Both the position numbers and the translations under genes were made by a program. From Lingula anatina (lineage: Eukaryota; Animalia; Brachiopoda): a stretch of DNA of 64,000 nt. Positions 1 to 11,400 of this stretch are shown piece by piece; the first letter of the stretch is position 1, and the number at the start of each line of letters is the position of its first letter. The DNA is taken from assembly GCA_051362555.1 (NCBI GenBank), contig CM120643.1:29392848-29456847 (forward strand). The letters are read 5' to 3'. The notes below the pieces were generated by a model. It was not told where the DNA came from, ran no database searches, and saw nothing but the letters and a program-made list of their open reading frames with translations.

Positions 1-3
1 TAC

Positions 4-202
4 ATTTGTCCCAGTTGTCCCCTATGATAATAAAGAATGTTATACAAGTCCCAAAACAATAGAGCACGATACACAGGGAACAGGCAGCTTGAGCCCACTT
101 CCCGCACATGGCGTAGACAACATCCTGATAGGTGGCGCTCTGGTGTATGTCGGAGCAGTATGCCAGCAATACCAAGGCCCCGCATATGAATAACATCAAC
201 AC
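4..202 (-). CDS. SLC38A7: SLC38A7/8-like amino acid transporter, coding exon 3 (gene continues beyond the left edge)
   Basis: Acceptor ctttgtcttcag at 203. The 199 nt encode VLMLFICGALVLLAYCSDIHQSATYQDVVYAMCGKWAQAACSLCIVLYCFGTCITFFIIIGDNWDK, followed by a probable GTA donor at 3-1. Matches the recalled SNAT7 motif LAYCS....TYQ.VV...CGK...Y.FGTCI.F.IIIGD..DK. Confidence 0.9.
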
Positions 203-483
203 CTGAAGACAAAGGATATATGATAGATATAATACAACAGATTTAAGAATTTTGATTTATTTATTTTTTTTTTTTTTGAAAATACATGGTGTCACTAAAA
301 TACATTAAATGCTGGTTTAAGATTCTTTAGTCACAACATATTTGTTTTACTAGAGAATTCTTTAGTGATTAAATCTGATCATTCTCTGAGAGATTGAGAC
401 ACTGACAACGAAATAGCCAGGCTATTATATAAGAGAGATATCACCCAAATGTCCTTTACATAAGGAACTAACTTAACTGGTTC

Positions 484-700
484 TACTTACTGCCTGTACC
501 ACTACAGCTACCAGTACTTACTGCCTGTACCACTACAGCTACCAGTACTTACTGCCTGTACCACTACAGCTACCAGTACTTACTGCCTGTACCACTACAG
601 CTACCAGTACTTACTGCCTGTACCACTACAGCTACCAATACTTACTGCCTGTACCACTACCGCTACCAGTACTTACTGCCTGTACCACTACAGCTACCAG
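484..700 (-). repeat. Tandem array of a 5' splice site, 7 x 31 bp (CTGGTAGCTGTAGTGGTACAGGCA|GTAAGTA)
   Basis: Units start at 484, 515, 546, 577, 608, 639 and 670, with two substitutions in total. Each unit is the last 24 nt of exon 2 plus GTAAGTA. Confidence 0.97.
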
Positions 701-798
701 AACTCCCCCTGCCTGGTTGTAAGCATAAGGAAACTCCAGGAGACCAGCTCCTAGTGCTGCATTTACTACCAGGAATACAGAGGCTCCCCATGAGGTTC
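677..798 (-). CDS. SLC38A7: SLC38A7/8-like transporter, coding exon 2
   Basis: Acceptor ttgatttttcag and donor GTAAGT at 676-671. The 122 nt encode (G)TSWGASVFLVVNAALGAGLLEFPYAYNQAGGVLVAVVVQA, the TM1 NxxLGAGLL.FP motif of SLC38A7/8. Phases are compatible with exons 1 and 3. Confidence 0.93.
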
Positions 799-963
799 CT
801 GAAAAATCAAATTTCTATAATAAATTATAGTAGTCCTCCATATACTTCTAAATATGAGTTTTTAATATATGTACTAGTATAATGTACATTCCTTAACTTA
901 AGTGTGTTTGTGGTTTCAGTAATTCTGTAAAAACATGACTCTTTTTGTTAATAATAATTTAAA

Positions 964-3900
964 CTAGAGGATCAGAGAGGCGATACCGCCTCCGAATATT
1001 GTACCACCAGCTGGAGCAAGCGCATTCGTATAGACCACCACATACACAAAAGAAGGGACACAGCCACCAGTCTAATGCTTGACAAGCTGTAAAAATGCAA
1101 TCAACAAGAATTTTCAAAATATGCAAAAAATATATATAACTTAAAATGGTACAATCAAAGTTAAGTTCATCGTAAGGTAGGTCAAAGGTCAATTTCAAGG
1201 TCACAGTAAATTGCCAATATATGACTTCCTATTCAACTTTAATGGTAACTATGGACCTATCTCTGCCAGGTTTGGAGATAAAAGAGAAAGAAATTTGCAA
1301 AATTCAGTTCATAGTGAAAAGTAGGTCAAAGGTCAATTTCAAGGTCACACTTAGATTGCCAGTATATGACTTTCCATGCAAGTTCAATAGAAACTATGGA
1401 CCCATCTCTGACTTCTTATTCAAGTTCAATAGTAACTATGGACCTATCTCTGCCAGTTTTGTAGATAAAAGGGAAGAAAAATATGCAAAGTTCAGTTCAT
1501 GGTGAAAAGTAGGTCAAAGGTCAATTTCAAGGTCACAGTAAAATTGCCAGTATATGACTTCCTATTCAACTTCAATAGTAACTATGGACCTACCTCTGCC
1601 AGTTTTGGAGATATAAGGGACTAAATGTTTTAATTTTGGAGTTACCATAATGTGCCATAAATTTCCTACAGAAAAAATTAATTAAAATAAAGAAAAGGTC
1701 ATTTTGGTCAAAATTCTTGAAATAAGAGGTGTTCTGAAGTTCCAGATGTTCAAATTTGATGAAATAATGTCATTTTTGACGACAAGTTGTCTGCTTTGCC
1801 AAGCCTTATGTTTTATTTTTCCGGAGTTCAAAATTTATTATCCATTACAGTACTGCACATTTTGCTTTCACCACCAATATGTGCCAGTATATGACTTCCT
1901 ATTCAAGTTCAATAAAAACTATGGACCTATCCAGTTTTGGAGATAAAAGGGAAGCAAAATTTGCAAAGTTCAGTTCATGGTGAAAAGTAGGTCAAAGGTC
2001 AATTTCAAGGTCACAGTAAGATTGCCAGTATATGACTTCCTATTCAAGTTCAATAGTAATTATGGACCTATCTCTGCCAGTTTTGGAGATAAAAGGGAAC
2101 CAAAATTTGCAAAGTTCAATTCATGATAAAAAGTAGGTCAAAGGTCAATTTCAAGGTCACATTTAGATTGCCAGTATATGACTTCCTATTCAACTTCAAT
2201 AGCAACTATGGACCTATCTCTGCCAGGTTTGGAGTTAAAAGAGAAAGAAATTAGCAGAGTTCAGTTCATGGTGAAAAGTAGGTCAAAGGTCAATTTCAAG
2301 GTCACATTTAGATTGCCAGTATATGACTTCCTATTCAACTTCAATATTAACTATGGACCTATCTCTGCCAGTTTTGGAGATAAAAGGGAAGCAAAATTGG
2401 CAAAGTTCAGTTCATGGTGAAAAGTAGGTCAAAGGTCAATTTCAAGGTCACATTTAGATTGCCAGTATATGACTTCATATTCAAGTTCAATAGAAACTAT
2501 GGACCTATCTCTGCCAGTTTTGGAGATAAAAGTGAAGCAAAATTTGCAAAGTTTAATTCATGGTGAAAAGTAGGTCAAAGGTCAATTTCAAGGTCACATT
2601 TAGATTGCCAGTATATGACTTCATATTCAAGTTCAATAGAAACTATGGACCTATCTCTGCCAGTTTTGGAGATAAAAGGGAAGCAAAATTTGCAAAGTTT
2701 AATTCATGGTGAAAAGTAGGTCAAAGGTCAATTTCAAGGTCACATTTAGATTGCCAGTATATGACTTCCTATTCAACTTCAATAGTAACTATGGACCTAT
2801 CTCTGCCAGTTTTGGAGATAAAAGGGAAGCAAAATTTGCAAAGTTCAGTTCATGGTGAAAAGTAGGTCAAAGGTCAATTTCAAGGTCACATTTAGATTGC
2901 CAGTATATGACTTCATATTCAACTTCAATAGAAACTATGGACCTATCTCTGCCAGTTTTGGAGATAAAAGGGAAGCAAAATTTGCAAAGTTCAATTCATG
3001 GTGAAAAGTAGGTCAAAGGTCAATTTCAAGGTCACATTTAGATTGACAGTATATGACTTCCTATTCAAGTTCAATAGTAACTATGGACCTATCTCTGCCA
3101 GTTTTGGAGATAAAAGGGACTAAATGTTATAATTTTGGAGTTACCTTAATGTGCCATAAATTTCCTACAGAAAAAATTAATTAAAATAAAGAAAAGGTCA
3201 TTTTGGTCAAAATTCTTGAAATAAGAGGTGTTCTGAAGTTCCAGATGTTCAAATTTGATGAAATAATGTCATTTTTGACGACAAGTTGTCTGCTTTGCCA
3301 AGCCTTATGTTTTATTTTTCCGGAGTTCAAAATTTATTATCCATTACAGTACTGCACATTTTGCTTTCACCACCAATATGTACTTTTTGATACAGCGTAG
3401 CTCGAAAACTGTATGGAATACAAAAAAATGGAGACCACCTACAGTGTTGGGCTTTACATACTCTACAAAATGCAAAAAAGAATGGGTCTCTAGCATTAAC
3501 GGTTCCCAAATTAGAGACAGTTTTCAGTTTCGGTATCTTATGGCCGCTACTCCCGTTAAAATGCACTGATTGACCCCAAATTCACGGAGATGAAAGATGA
3601 CCTGAAGGGTATCATTTTCCAATAATATTATTGGTTAAGTCTGTGTGGTGTCTGAATAACAGCGCAAATAATTTTTTTTTCGTAAAAAAATTCATTTTTT
3701 TGAAAAATTTGGCCTGTTTGACCTTGAAATTAAGGTCAAAGGTCAAATCCAAGGGCATATTTGAAATCTACACATATGACTTTTGGAAAGCCGTCTGTAG
3801 AAATTTTTCCCATAATTCCTTCCGTAGGGTAGATAATTAGCATTTAATTTTGCCATTTTTGGACAAGGGTGCATTGCAATGAATGCCACACCTAGACCCC

Positions 3901-4110
3901 AATACCGACAAAGCCCAAATTTTACGTGGAACGAGTTGAGATTATAGGTGACCTAAATCCAAGAGATGGGTATAGGGGCCCTTACCGTCTAGGAGGAGAA
4001 GCGGTAACGATGACAAGGCGGCGGAGCCGGCGGAGCCGTAGGAGCCGGCGGAACGGACCGGACGGGACTAAAACCATGTGTACCGCCAGCGCTAACGCTG
4101 GTGGTACAAT
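964..4110 (-). mobile_element. Non-autonomous Helentron-type element (HINE/DINE-1-like) with an internal satellite
   Basis: 14-bp subterminal inverted repeats ATTGTACCACCAGC at 998-1011 and 4097-4110. 5' hairpin at 4079-4108, 9-bp microsatellite at about 4018-4050, 3' palindrome GAGGCG-ATAC-CGCCTC at 977-992 and terminal CTAG at 964-967. A second copy lies at 27938-29532. Confidence 0.85.
1165..3120. repeat. Tandem satellite of about 146 bp inside the Helentron-type element
   Basis: Core GTAGGTCAAAGGTCAATTTCAAGGTCAC at 1176, 1321, 1509, 1987, 2133, 2278, 2424, 2570, 2716, 2862 and 3008. The array is interrupted by 1621-1882, which duplicates 3120-3381. Confidence 0.95.
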
Positions 4111-5474
4111 AATAAATAATGCCCCAAATTAATGACATGATTGTCAAAATCAATCAATCATTAAAAAAATAAGTAAAACAGAATATGATATAAGCTCTGG
4201 TCCACTGTCTCAGGGGATATGTGTCACCTTCTCTGTCAAAAGCCTGAATTTCTACTACAGCGAGTATTTCTGTTCTGGAAATGTCTGATCCTGTTCTACT
4301 GACGTTAGCAATGCTCTGCATGCTGTCACTTTTAACAGGACTGTTAACTCTGCGAAGGTATCCATATTCTGGCCAGTTCCTACTATCCACTTCCATAGCT
4401 CTTACTTGGCATTCCATAGTTAATAATTTTTTAAGATTCCCACGTTTTAATCTAAGTGATCCTTGCTAGCCAGTGCAACAAGTAGTATATATTATATAAA
4501 TTATATATATATCACAAGAATCACAGCTAGGCTTTTATCAATTTGACCCAGTCATAATCATATCATATAAAATCTATCACCTATACACAGATGTATACTA
4601 GTACATATAAAGCTGCATTCTAATATCGCTTCTCATATCTCTTATTTAGTATTAAATACATCAATATTAGCAATGATAATGAGATAGTAGAGAATAATGT
4701 GATGAGTCCAAATGATTCAACCCACTCTCTCTCCCCCCTCCCTCTGGTCATCACCCACCATCACTACCAGAAGACACCTGTAAACTCTTTTCAATTTTAA
4801 TTAATGGAGCACAATTTTACAGTAGTCATTAAAAAAAAAAAAAAAAAGCTGTTAAGGGATATATTACACAGGGTTCATACACCTTAGGTCAATTTTTTTT
4901 TTTTGATTAAAAAAAATCCTATTCACTTTATAATTTTGCCAAGATGAAAATGGTATAATAATTATTAAATACGACAACAGAAATTGAAATTACAAACCCT
5001 GAGCAATATAAATTCCCTCTGTCCAAACAACTATAGCATTGACTGTGAAAATGACAACAATTTTGACAGTTAGCTAAAATAGTGCTAAATGTAACAAGTA
5101 CATGTAGAACATATATTTATCTCAACATGTCCCAGTAAGTTGAACATTGCCAAAGAATTGCCATCCAACAGAACAACTGAAGGGCGTTTACAGAGGTGAT
5201 ACCATGATATTCTACAATGACGAAAGATAACCTATTTGTGTATAAGACTGCTACCATACCTCCTAAATAGAACTCTGACACAAGTAAATTTCTCACTTGT
5301 ACTTTAATTTCTTTGTGTCTTGTTGATAAAGCGATAACGTAAATATATATGAAACTGGGCTGGAACTTACCATAGTGTTTTCAACTCCCGTATTCACATC
5401 TTCTATATGTAATGTGTGTAATAAAACAACAATGAATATAAAACTTAAAAGAAGAGGACTTTTGTGGCACCAAC

Positions 5475-5601
5475 CTTTTTGAACTGCGGCACCCTTTACA
5501 ATAGGAGTTAATTCACCGTCGTTTAAGTTGAAAGGGCCTCCCTCTCTTGACACAGAGCTCTCAAATTCGACACTCCTAACAGAAGTATTATTTACCGCCA
5601 T
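5475..5601 (-). CDS. SLC38A7: SLC38A7/8-like transporter, coding exon 1
   Basis: ATG at 5601 in ataATGG context, encoding MAVNNTSVRSVEFESSVSREGGPFNLNDGELTPIVKGAAVQK. The phase-1 donor AAG|GTTGGT joins exon 2 in frame. ELTPIV resembles an acidic dileucine-type lysosomal sorting signal. The donor is inferred from phase. Confidence 0.7.
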
Positions 5602-5682
5602 TATTTCTTAAATTATGGCACAGGTCCCATACAAAAGCAATTCTTAGCTCGCCCTTATCCTCCTCAAACTTCAAGTGTGCTC

Positions 5683-5716
5683 GTCGCCATTTTGTCTAAA
5701 AATATAGTCACATGAT
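5683..5716 (-). promoter_or_regulatory. Candidate SLC38A7 proximal promoter motifs (YY1-like CAAAATGGCG; M-box/CLEAR-like ATCATGTGAC)
   Basis: Motifs lie about 85-115 nt upstream of the ATG. Motif match only. Confidence 0.4.
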
Positions 5717-5944
5717 CAAGCTCTCTCTATCAGACCACGTTAATAGATAAACAAAACAACAGGCGCGTTGCTCAAAATAGCGCTTATCACACCCTGTACA
5801 TGGATGTAAACTCTGCAACGCCCTGTTCATAAACAAACTGACGAACGAAGCAGTTGTGAAACTGTTCTTTATTATTGATGTGAAAAAAACACTTGCCGAA
5901 GAATAATGTCACTGTTCATATAGATGAGACACAAGCAATTATAT

Positions 5945-6258
5945 CCCGCAAGAAAACGCAGTAGATACTCCAGCTCAGTAGACTACTGCAATCATACTGC
6001 AAACCGCAGTAGACTACTGCAATCATACTGCAAACATGCTTCAAATCTGCTTCGATTTGGGAGCTAATTAGCATATTTGAAACGTGCTTCTATCATGCTG
6101 CTAATCTACTGCAATTAATGCTCCTCTCTGTACAAATCTATGTACTTTTTGGAGTAGAATTGCAGTAGGCTATGCTGCATTTCTACTGCAAATATGCTCC
6201 ACACCACTACAGCGTTAATGCTTTTTGCTACTTCGATACTACTGCATTTTCGTGCGGG
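5945..6258. mobile_element. MITE with CCC termini (CMC/EnSpm-like)
   Basis: TIRs CCCGCAAGAAAACGCAGTA / TACTGCATTTTCGTGCGGG, flanked by AT on both sides, with many internal ACTGC/GCAGTAG subrepeats. Confidence 0.7.
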
Positions 6259-7339
6259 ATATAATTAACAGTCAGAGAAAACTTTTTTGTAGGTCGATCT
6301 AATCGTACTCGGGTTTAAATAACTTTACAAGTTTCGTTTGATCATCAAATAGCGAGATAACTAAGTACTGTATATCTGATTAAATTATAGTATTAATGTA
6401 AGATAAAGATCGAGTTTAATGGACATCCCAAATTTAAAGTGATATCGTTATTTTCTAATCATTATTCTTATCAAATTAAGATTTCTTGGCGGAGTAAAAA
6501 AAAAACGGGTCGCGCACATGCGGCAACACGTGACCTCTGGATATGTCGTCAACTAATATTTACCAGTCTCCAACAATTTATATAATAGAAATTAAGCAAA
6601 ACACAGAGGAAAAACAGAGAAAATGAGAAACAAACATATTGAAGCATTCAAAATTACACTTCCCAGTACAATTTAAAGAGGAAGAAGTGAACCCCTGTCA
6701 ACTTGGCTATATTGAATTTTATTCTTAGATATACACTGTAGACCTGAATTTTATCCTAGCTGATCTTAACTCTATGATTTTTTAGTAAGAAAATTTAACT
6801 TTTCAAATACTGGGTGAAGGGGTATTTTTAAAATAATTATTCTGTCACACCGTACTTAATAATTATTAAAGGTCGCATTTCTGTTACTTAATTTATTATC
6901 AGGGGTTATTTTGAAAACATGGGGCCTTAAATTATGCCCCACACGGGACGAAGAGGAATGATGATTTTGAAAACTTATCCATAAAACACTTATGGAAAAA
7001 TGTTCGAACAGAAAGAAAAGAAAAAGTGAAGCTCATATAAGTTCGTCTTTGAGAGAAAAATAGAAGTAAAATAATATTAATCCTTTTTCTTCTTTTTCGT
7101 TTTATTTTCTTATAAATTACTAATAAGTACCCCATAGATCTTCATTATCTTTGCTACCACTTCAAAAATTTGAGTGAAACATTCCATAACACATTATGGT
7201 TAACTCATCACATTTCAAATTTGGAAACAAATCGAAAAAATATTTTTAATTGCATGGGAATTTTATTTTGATCATATTTATAAATAGATCAAAACGTGAT
7301 AGACTTATCATGCCTGGTCGCTATCGACTGTTCTCGTTT

Positions 7340-7400
7340 CTGATTGGTTGGCTATTTTTAGCTCCTGGCATGACGTCACATTGTGTTGGTTCCTTGACGC
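7340..7400 (+). promoter_or_regulatory. Candidate ZNRF promoter: inverted CCAAT box and perfect CRE
   Basis: CTGATTGG at 7340-7347, TGACGTCA at 7371-7378 and a half-CRE TGACG near 7395, about 180 nt upstream of the ATG. Confidence 0.5.
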
Positions 7401-7552
7401 AAAACACAAGGGAAAGGAAAATGGTGGAGCGCCGTGATTCCTCCACAAAGAAAACCATAACAAATGCTTAAACCAATCTTGAACAAGGGAGTTATACTTC
7501 GACGCTCTACAGGAGGTGAAAACAGTGGACATATTGGAATGTGAAGCTGACA

Positions 7553-7946
7553 ATGGGTGCGAAACAAAGCACAAACACCCCAACACGGACACGGACGTTT
7601 TCGACAGGGGATGCGGGGGGCTCGCTCGCAGGAGCCCATTTCGCTATTCCAGCCAGCGTTGCCGAGAGTCTAGGACTGCCAGGGACTAGCAGCGGTGGTG
7701 AATACTCTCGTAACAGAGCCAGAAGCCTGGGAGGGGTGCCTAGCACCTCAAGTAACGGACATTCTAATGGACACCCCATAGGAATACCTAACAGTAGTAA
7801 TAACGGACTCCACGGGGGCGCCTTGAGGGGAGCCGAGGGACATTCGAGTCGCAGTACCCCCGAGGAAACCTCACGTGCTATGACGAGCACTCGAGGACTG
7901 GCCCATTCATTACCAGTACATTTGCTAGCGTTTCCAGGAATTTCAG
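7553..7946 (+). CDS. ZNRF2: ZNRF1/ZNRF2-like E3 ubiquitin ligase, exon 1 of 4 (217 aa in total)
   Basis: MGAKQS N-myristoylation start, with RTRTFS, RARSLGG and SLPVHL motifs as in ZNRF2. Phase-1 donor CAG|GTAATT. Confidence 0.93.
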
Positions 7947-8387
7947 GTAATTTGTTATGAGGTCTGGGTGAGTTACTTGGAAAGTTATGTCATTTAGCAT
8001 TCAGACGATGTTGATAGACGTATATATGACGTCTAATTTCTTGTACTCGCTACCTCACGTGGAACAAAGACCATTAAAAGAAGAAAAACCGCAGCTAAAG
8101 ATTGATGAATGGGCTTGGATCAACTGTTAGTGGACAGATTTTCAGTATGAGAGGGAAAATTTTGGGGATGAGTTTTTTTTTTTTTTTTTTAATTTGAAAG
8201 TGCCCTACTTTTTGGAAATCCCCAGTATTTGCACAGTTAGTGCGTCATAATTACCCCCTTTGCAAGAAAGCACACATATTTGCAGTATTGCAGTATTTTT
8301 TGTCACAGCAAAGTTGAAAAATTGTAAACAAAGAGCCGTTGAGATATATTTTTAAGTTACATTTTTACACCCCCTCCCCCCCCCCCC

Positions 8388-8436
<49 letters not shown>

Positions 8437-11336
8437 TTTTTCGATCGTGCACTATTGGGTTCATTCCCATTGAAGCTAATAGTCTAAATAGAAAGATCCA
8501 ACTTACATTCAGCAGGAGTCCCGGCAGATTTGGATTGATCTGCATAGTCTGAAGGCTTCAGTGGAATTGAGCCCTATGAGCTGATTTAAATTGTGCTTGA
8601 ATTCAAATATTCAACTGGATACAAATAGTTTGAATACTGGATCCTAATTCCGACATTCTATTGAAACTGAAATTCAAAACTCTAGATAATTGCAGTAGAA
8701 TTAATGTTATATAATATCACAGCACCCAACATTTCAACAGCCACTTTAAAATAGAAAACTTGTAAATGTCAAGACTATGGTGTTCATCCTGCTGGAAATG
8801 GAACTTTTAGTTGAGTGAACAGAACACAAACGAGGTGTGAGAAATAACTGTCTTCTCATTTCCTCGCTGTGACTGAGTGGTATATTATGGCAGATTAAAA
8901 GCCTTGGTGTTGTGTGGCGTGAGATCTTTAGATATCTGTCTCTGGTTGATCAAAGATTTTGTTGGAGGAAAGGAAGGGAGGGGCGCAGAAAAATTAAAAA
9001 CTATAATTTGGATTAGTAGACAAAACAATTTTAACATAATACATAGAATACAGAGATGAAAAAGAAGGCTGGTTTTTGTCTCACCTCACTTGTTATATTT
9101 AATTTGAATATTTTGATATCAGATATTTTGTTTCGAATTGTCAAGAAATTTTTTTTTTATAAAGTTGTGTCCTATATTTTAGTATATATATATATATATA
9201 TAGCAAGATGGTCAGGTGGGAATAGACCCAGTCTTATCCTAAAAATGATGTGAACTGTTTTAAGGATAAACCCTATCCCTAAAGTGATGTCAGTCAGCTC
9301 CCCTTAAGTCTTGTTTTTGAAATGTGAGTTTGTCCTCAGACAAAGACAGATCAATCCCGTCAATATTATAAGTATTTATTTATGTGTCCTGTCCTAAGTT
9401 AAGATGGGTGAACTGCCTTAAAGTTGTTCTAACTCCTGTTGACTGTAGACGGATTTGTCTAAGCTTGAATTCACGCTGCTACTAAACCAACATTCACCAT
9501 CAACCATCGTTATTATTAAAGCACGAAGCACGTGTATGGCTGAGTACATGTGCCCGCTTGTTTTGTTTGCTATCGATTGTACGGCTTACCGATAGGTTGC
9601 CTCCTGGTCTGGCGAGTGCTTGGCGGTCATTGTACCTTGACCACACAAAGAGAGCAGAATCAAACCCTACATCAATGGTGGATAAAACTCCTTCTTTGTT
9701 TTCTTTTAATGTGACGCAACAAGGGAATTTAATTTCACAGCACGCCTGATTAACAGTACTGTTTACTTGCTAGCTGAGATAAATAAACAGCTTATTGTCC
9801 ATTATTGTGTTTTTAAATTAAACCTCCTGTTGTAGGAAAATACCTTTGAAATTTTTTTATTGAAAAAAGTGTGTTGTATAAGAAAGTCAGCCAGGGCAAA
9901 CTTGTTGTTTATTTGTTTGTGATTTCTAGTGTTTATATAAGTGTGACATGTGAATGTAGGTACTCAGGCCACCCGTATGGTTCTAGTACCTGCTTTTTTT
10001 TTTTTTTTTTTTTTTTTGTTGGATTTGGAACACTTGTATAAGACCTAATAGGGCTAATCGGTTACTAGTATCTCAAAGGCCAGTTAAAAATACTGCTCTT
10101 ATCAGTTTGAACTTTGAAATAAGGAAATGACCGAATTGTATTTATGTAGAATAAAAATGACACTCATTGATTACAAATTAACAAAGTTAAGATAATATAG
10201 ACAAGTTTATTTTGATTTTAGAAATACATGTCAAGTAAATATGGCTTGCATAGGGTCAATGGAAAAGTTATGATAATATCTCCCAACATAACCGCCCAAA
10301 GACTTGTAGCAGGTTTTCAGGATATATGTCAGAAATGGGATAACTTCAAGTCGATTAGATTTGGGTTAAGGTCCATTAATTAAATATTCATTTATCTGAT
10401 AATGAGAGTTGAGGTGTCCTGGCATGGTGGGAGGTGGGGGGGGGGGGATCACCGCCCGCTCTCAGTGAGGGCTCTTACAGAATTTGGATCCTAAAAGTGC
10501 AGGTAATAAGTCTTTTTTCATTGAAGATTTAGCACATCAGCTTGCACCTAAGTAACTAGCTATAAGATTACGCTGCAAATTATTTAAGTTAACACAGTCT
10601 GTATTGATCAGGCGGATCCTAGTGGAGTTGGACACATTCACACAAGAACTAAATTAGACTGGAAAAATGTGTAGTTGGACTTGCAAAGAGCAGACACCAT
10701 TAGGCATCAGATTAAAAAACAAGCTGTTTTCACAAAAGCATTGAAGATTGAAAAACCGTTTCAACTTTTAGACTTGTCTACTAGTGCTTCAGTTCACAAG
10801 AAATTCCAAGTAATGAACTCGAGTGAAATAATTACTAGTAGTTGTCTGAAACATAAGCCACTGCTTTCTTGGTATAAATGGCACAATATTTCATTCAATA
10901 GAACTACTACCGATTTGTCTTACCTTAATTTATTTGTTTGTTTGCTTGTTTCTTTTTGCTTTATTTTGTGTATGTGTTTGAAACAAGCTTTTGGATTTAA
11001 AGATTCCTGTTCTTAGTTGAAGCAGATGTGAACGCAGCCAAAGGATGTCATATTATATCATATTCTGCCAGTGAAACTGTAAGAGGCAGATGTACAAGTA
11101 TGAAGTATTCATGTCCATGGCAGATGGTGGGTCTTTGTGTGGGAAACCTCGACACCTGTCTCTGATTGTGGTCCAGTTTGGCAAAGATTGGAATACTTAC
11201 TCTCTGTCATATATGAAATGTACCTTTTCTTTGTGATAGATATACTCAGTGTGTGCACACACACACACACGCACACACACACACACTAGAGTTTACACTG
11301 TCAGTTTTGTAAAGCACAATTAAGTAATTATAATAA

Positions 11337-11340
<4 letters not shown>

Positions 11341-11397
<57 letters not shown>
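11341..11397. repeat. (TA)n microsatellite
   Basis: Pure TA run. Confidence 0.95.

Positions 11398-11400
<3 letters not shown>

Noticed and set aside
484-700. CRISPR-like appearance of the short repeat arrays (also 13137-13299 and 31219-32044)
   Set aside because: The units are contiguous with no unique spacers, the context is eukaryotic and there are no cas genes.
1221-3840. Several 60-95 aa ORFs in the ORF track
   Set aside because: They lie in the Helentron satellite and its flanks, recur with the repeat and show no protein motifs.
4154-4417. 87-aa - strand ORF as a possible SLC38A7 exon
   Set aside because: Exons 1 and 2 already join in phase with the expected length, and there are no convincing splice sites or similarity.
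5293-5474. Extension of SLC38A7 exon 1 to the GTGAGA donor at 5296
   Set aside because: That donor is phase 2, whereas exon 2 needs phase 1.
8388-8441. A-run/(TA)n/T-run palindrome
   Set aside because: Simple-sequence coincidence with no evidence of function.
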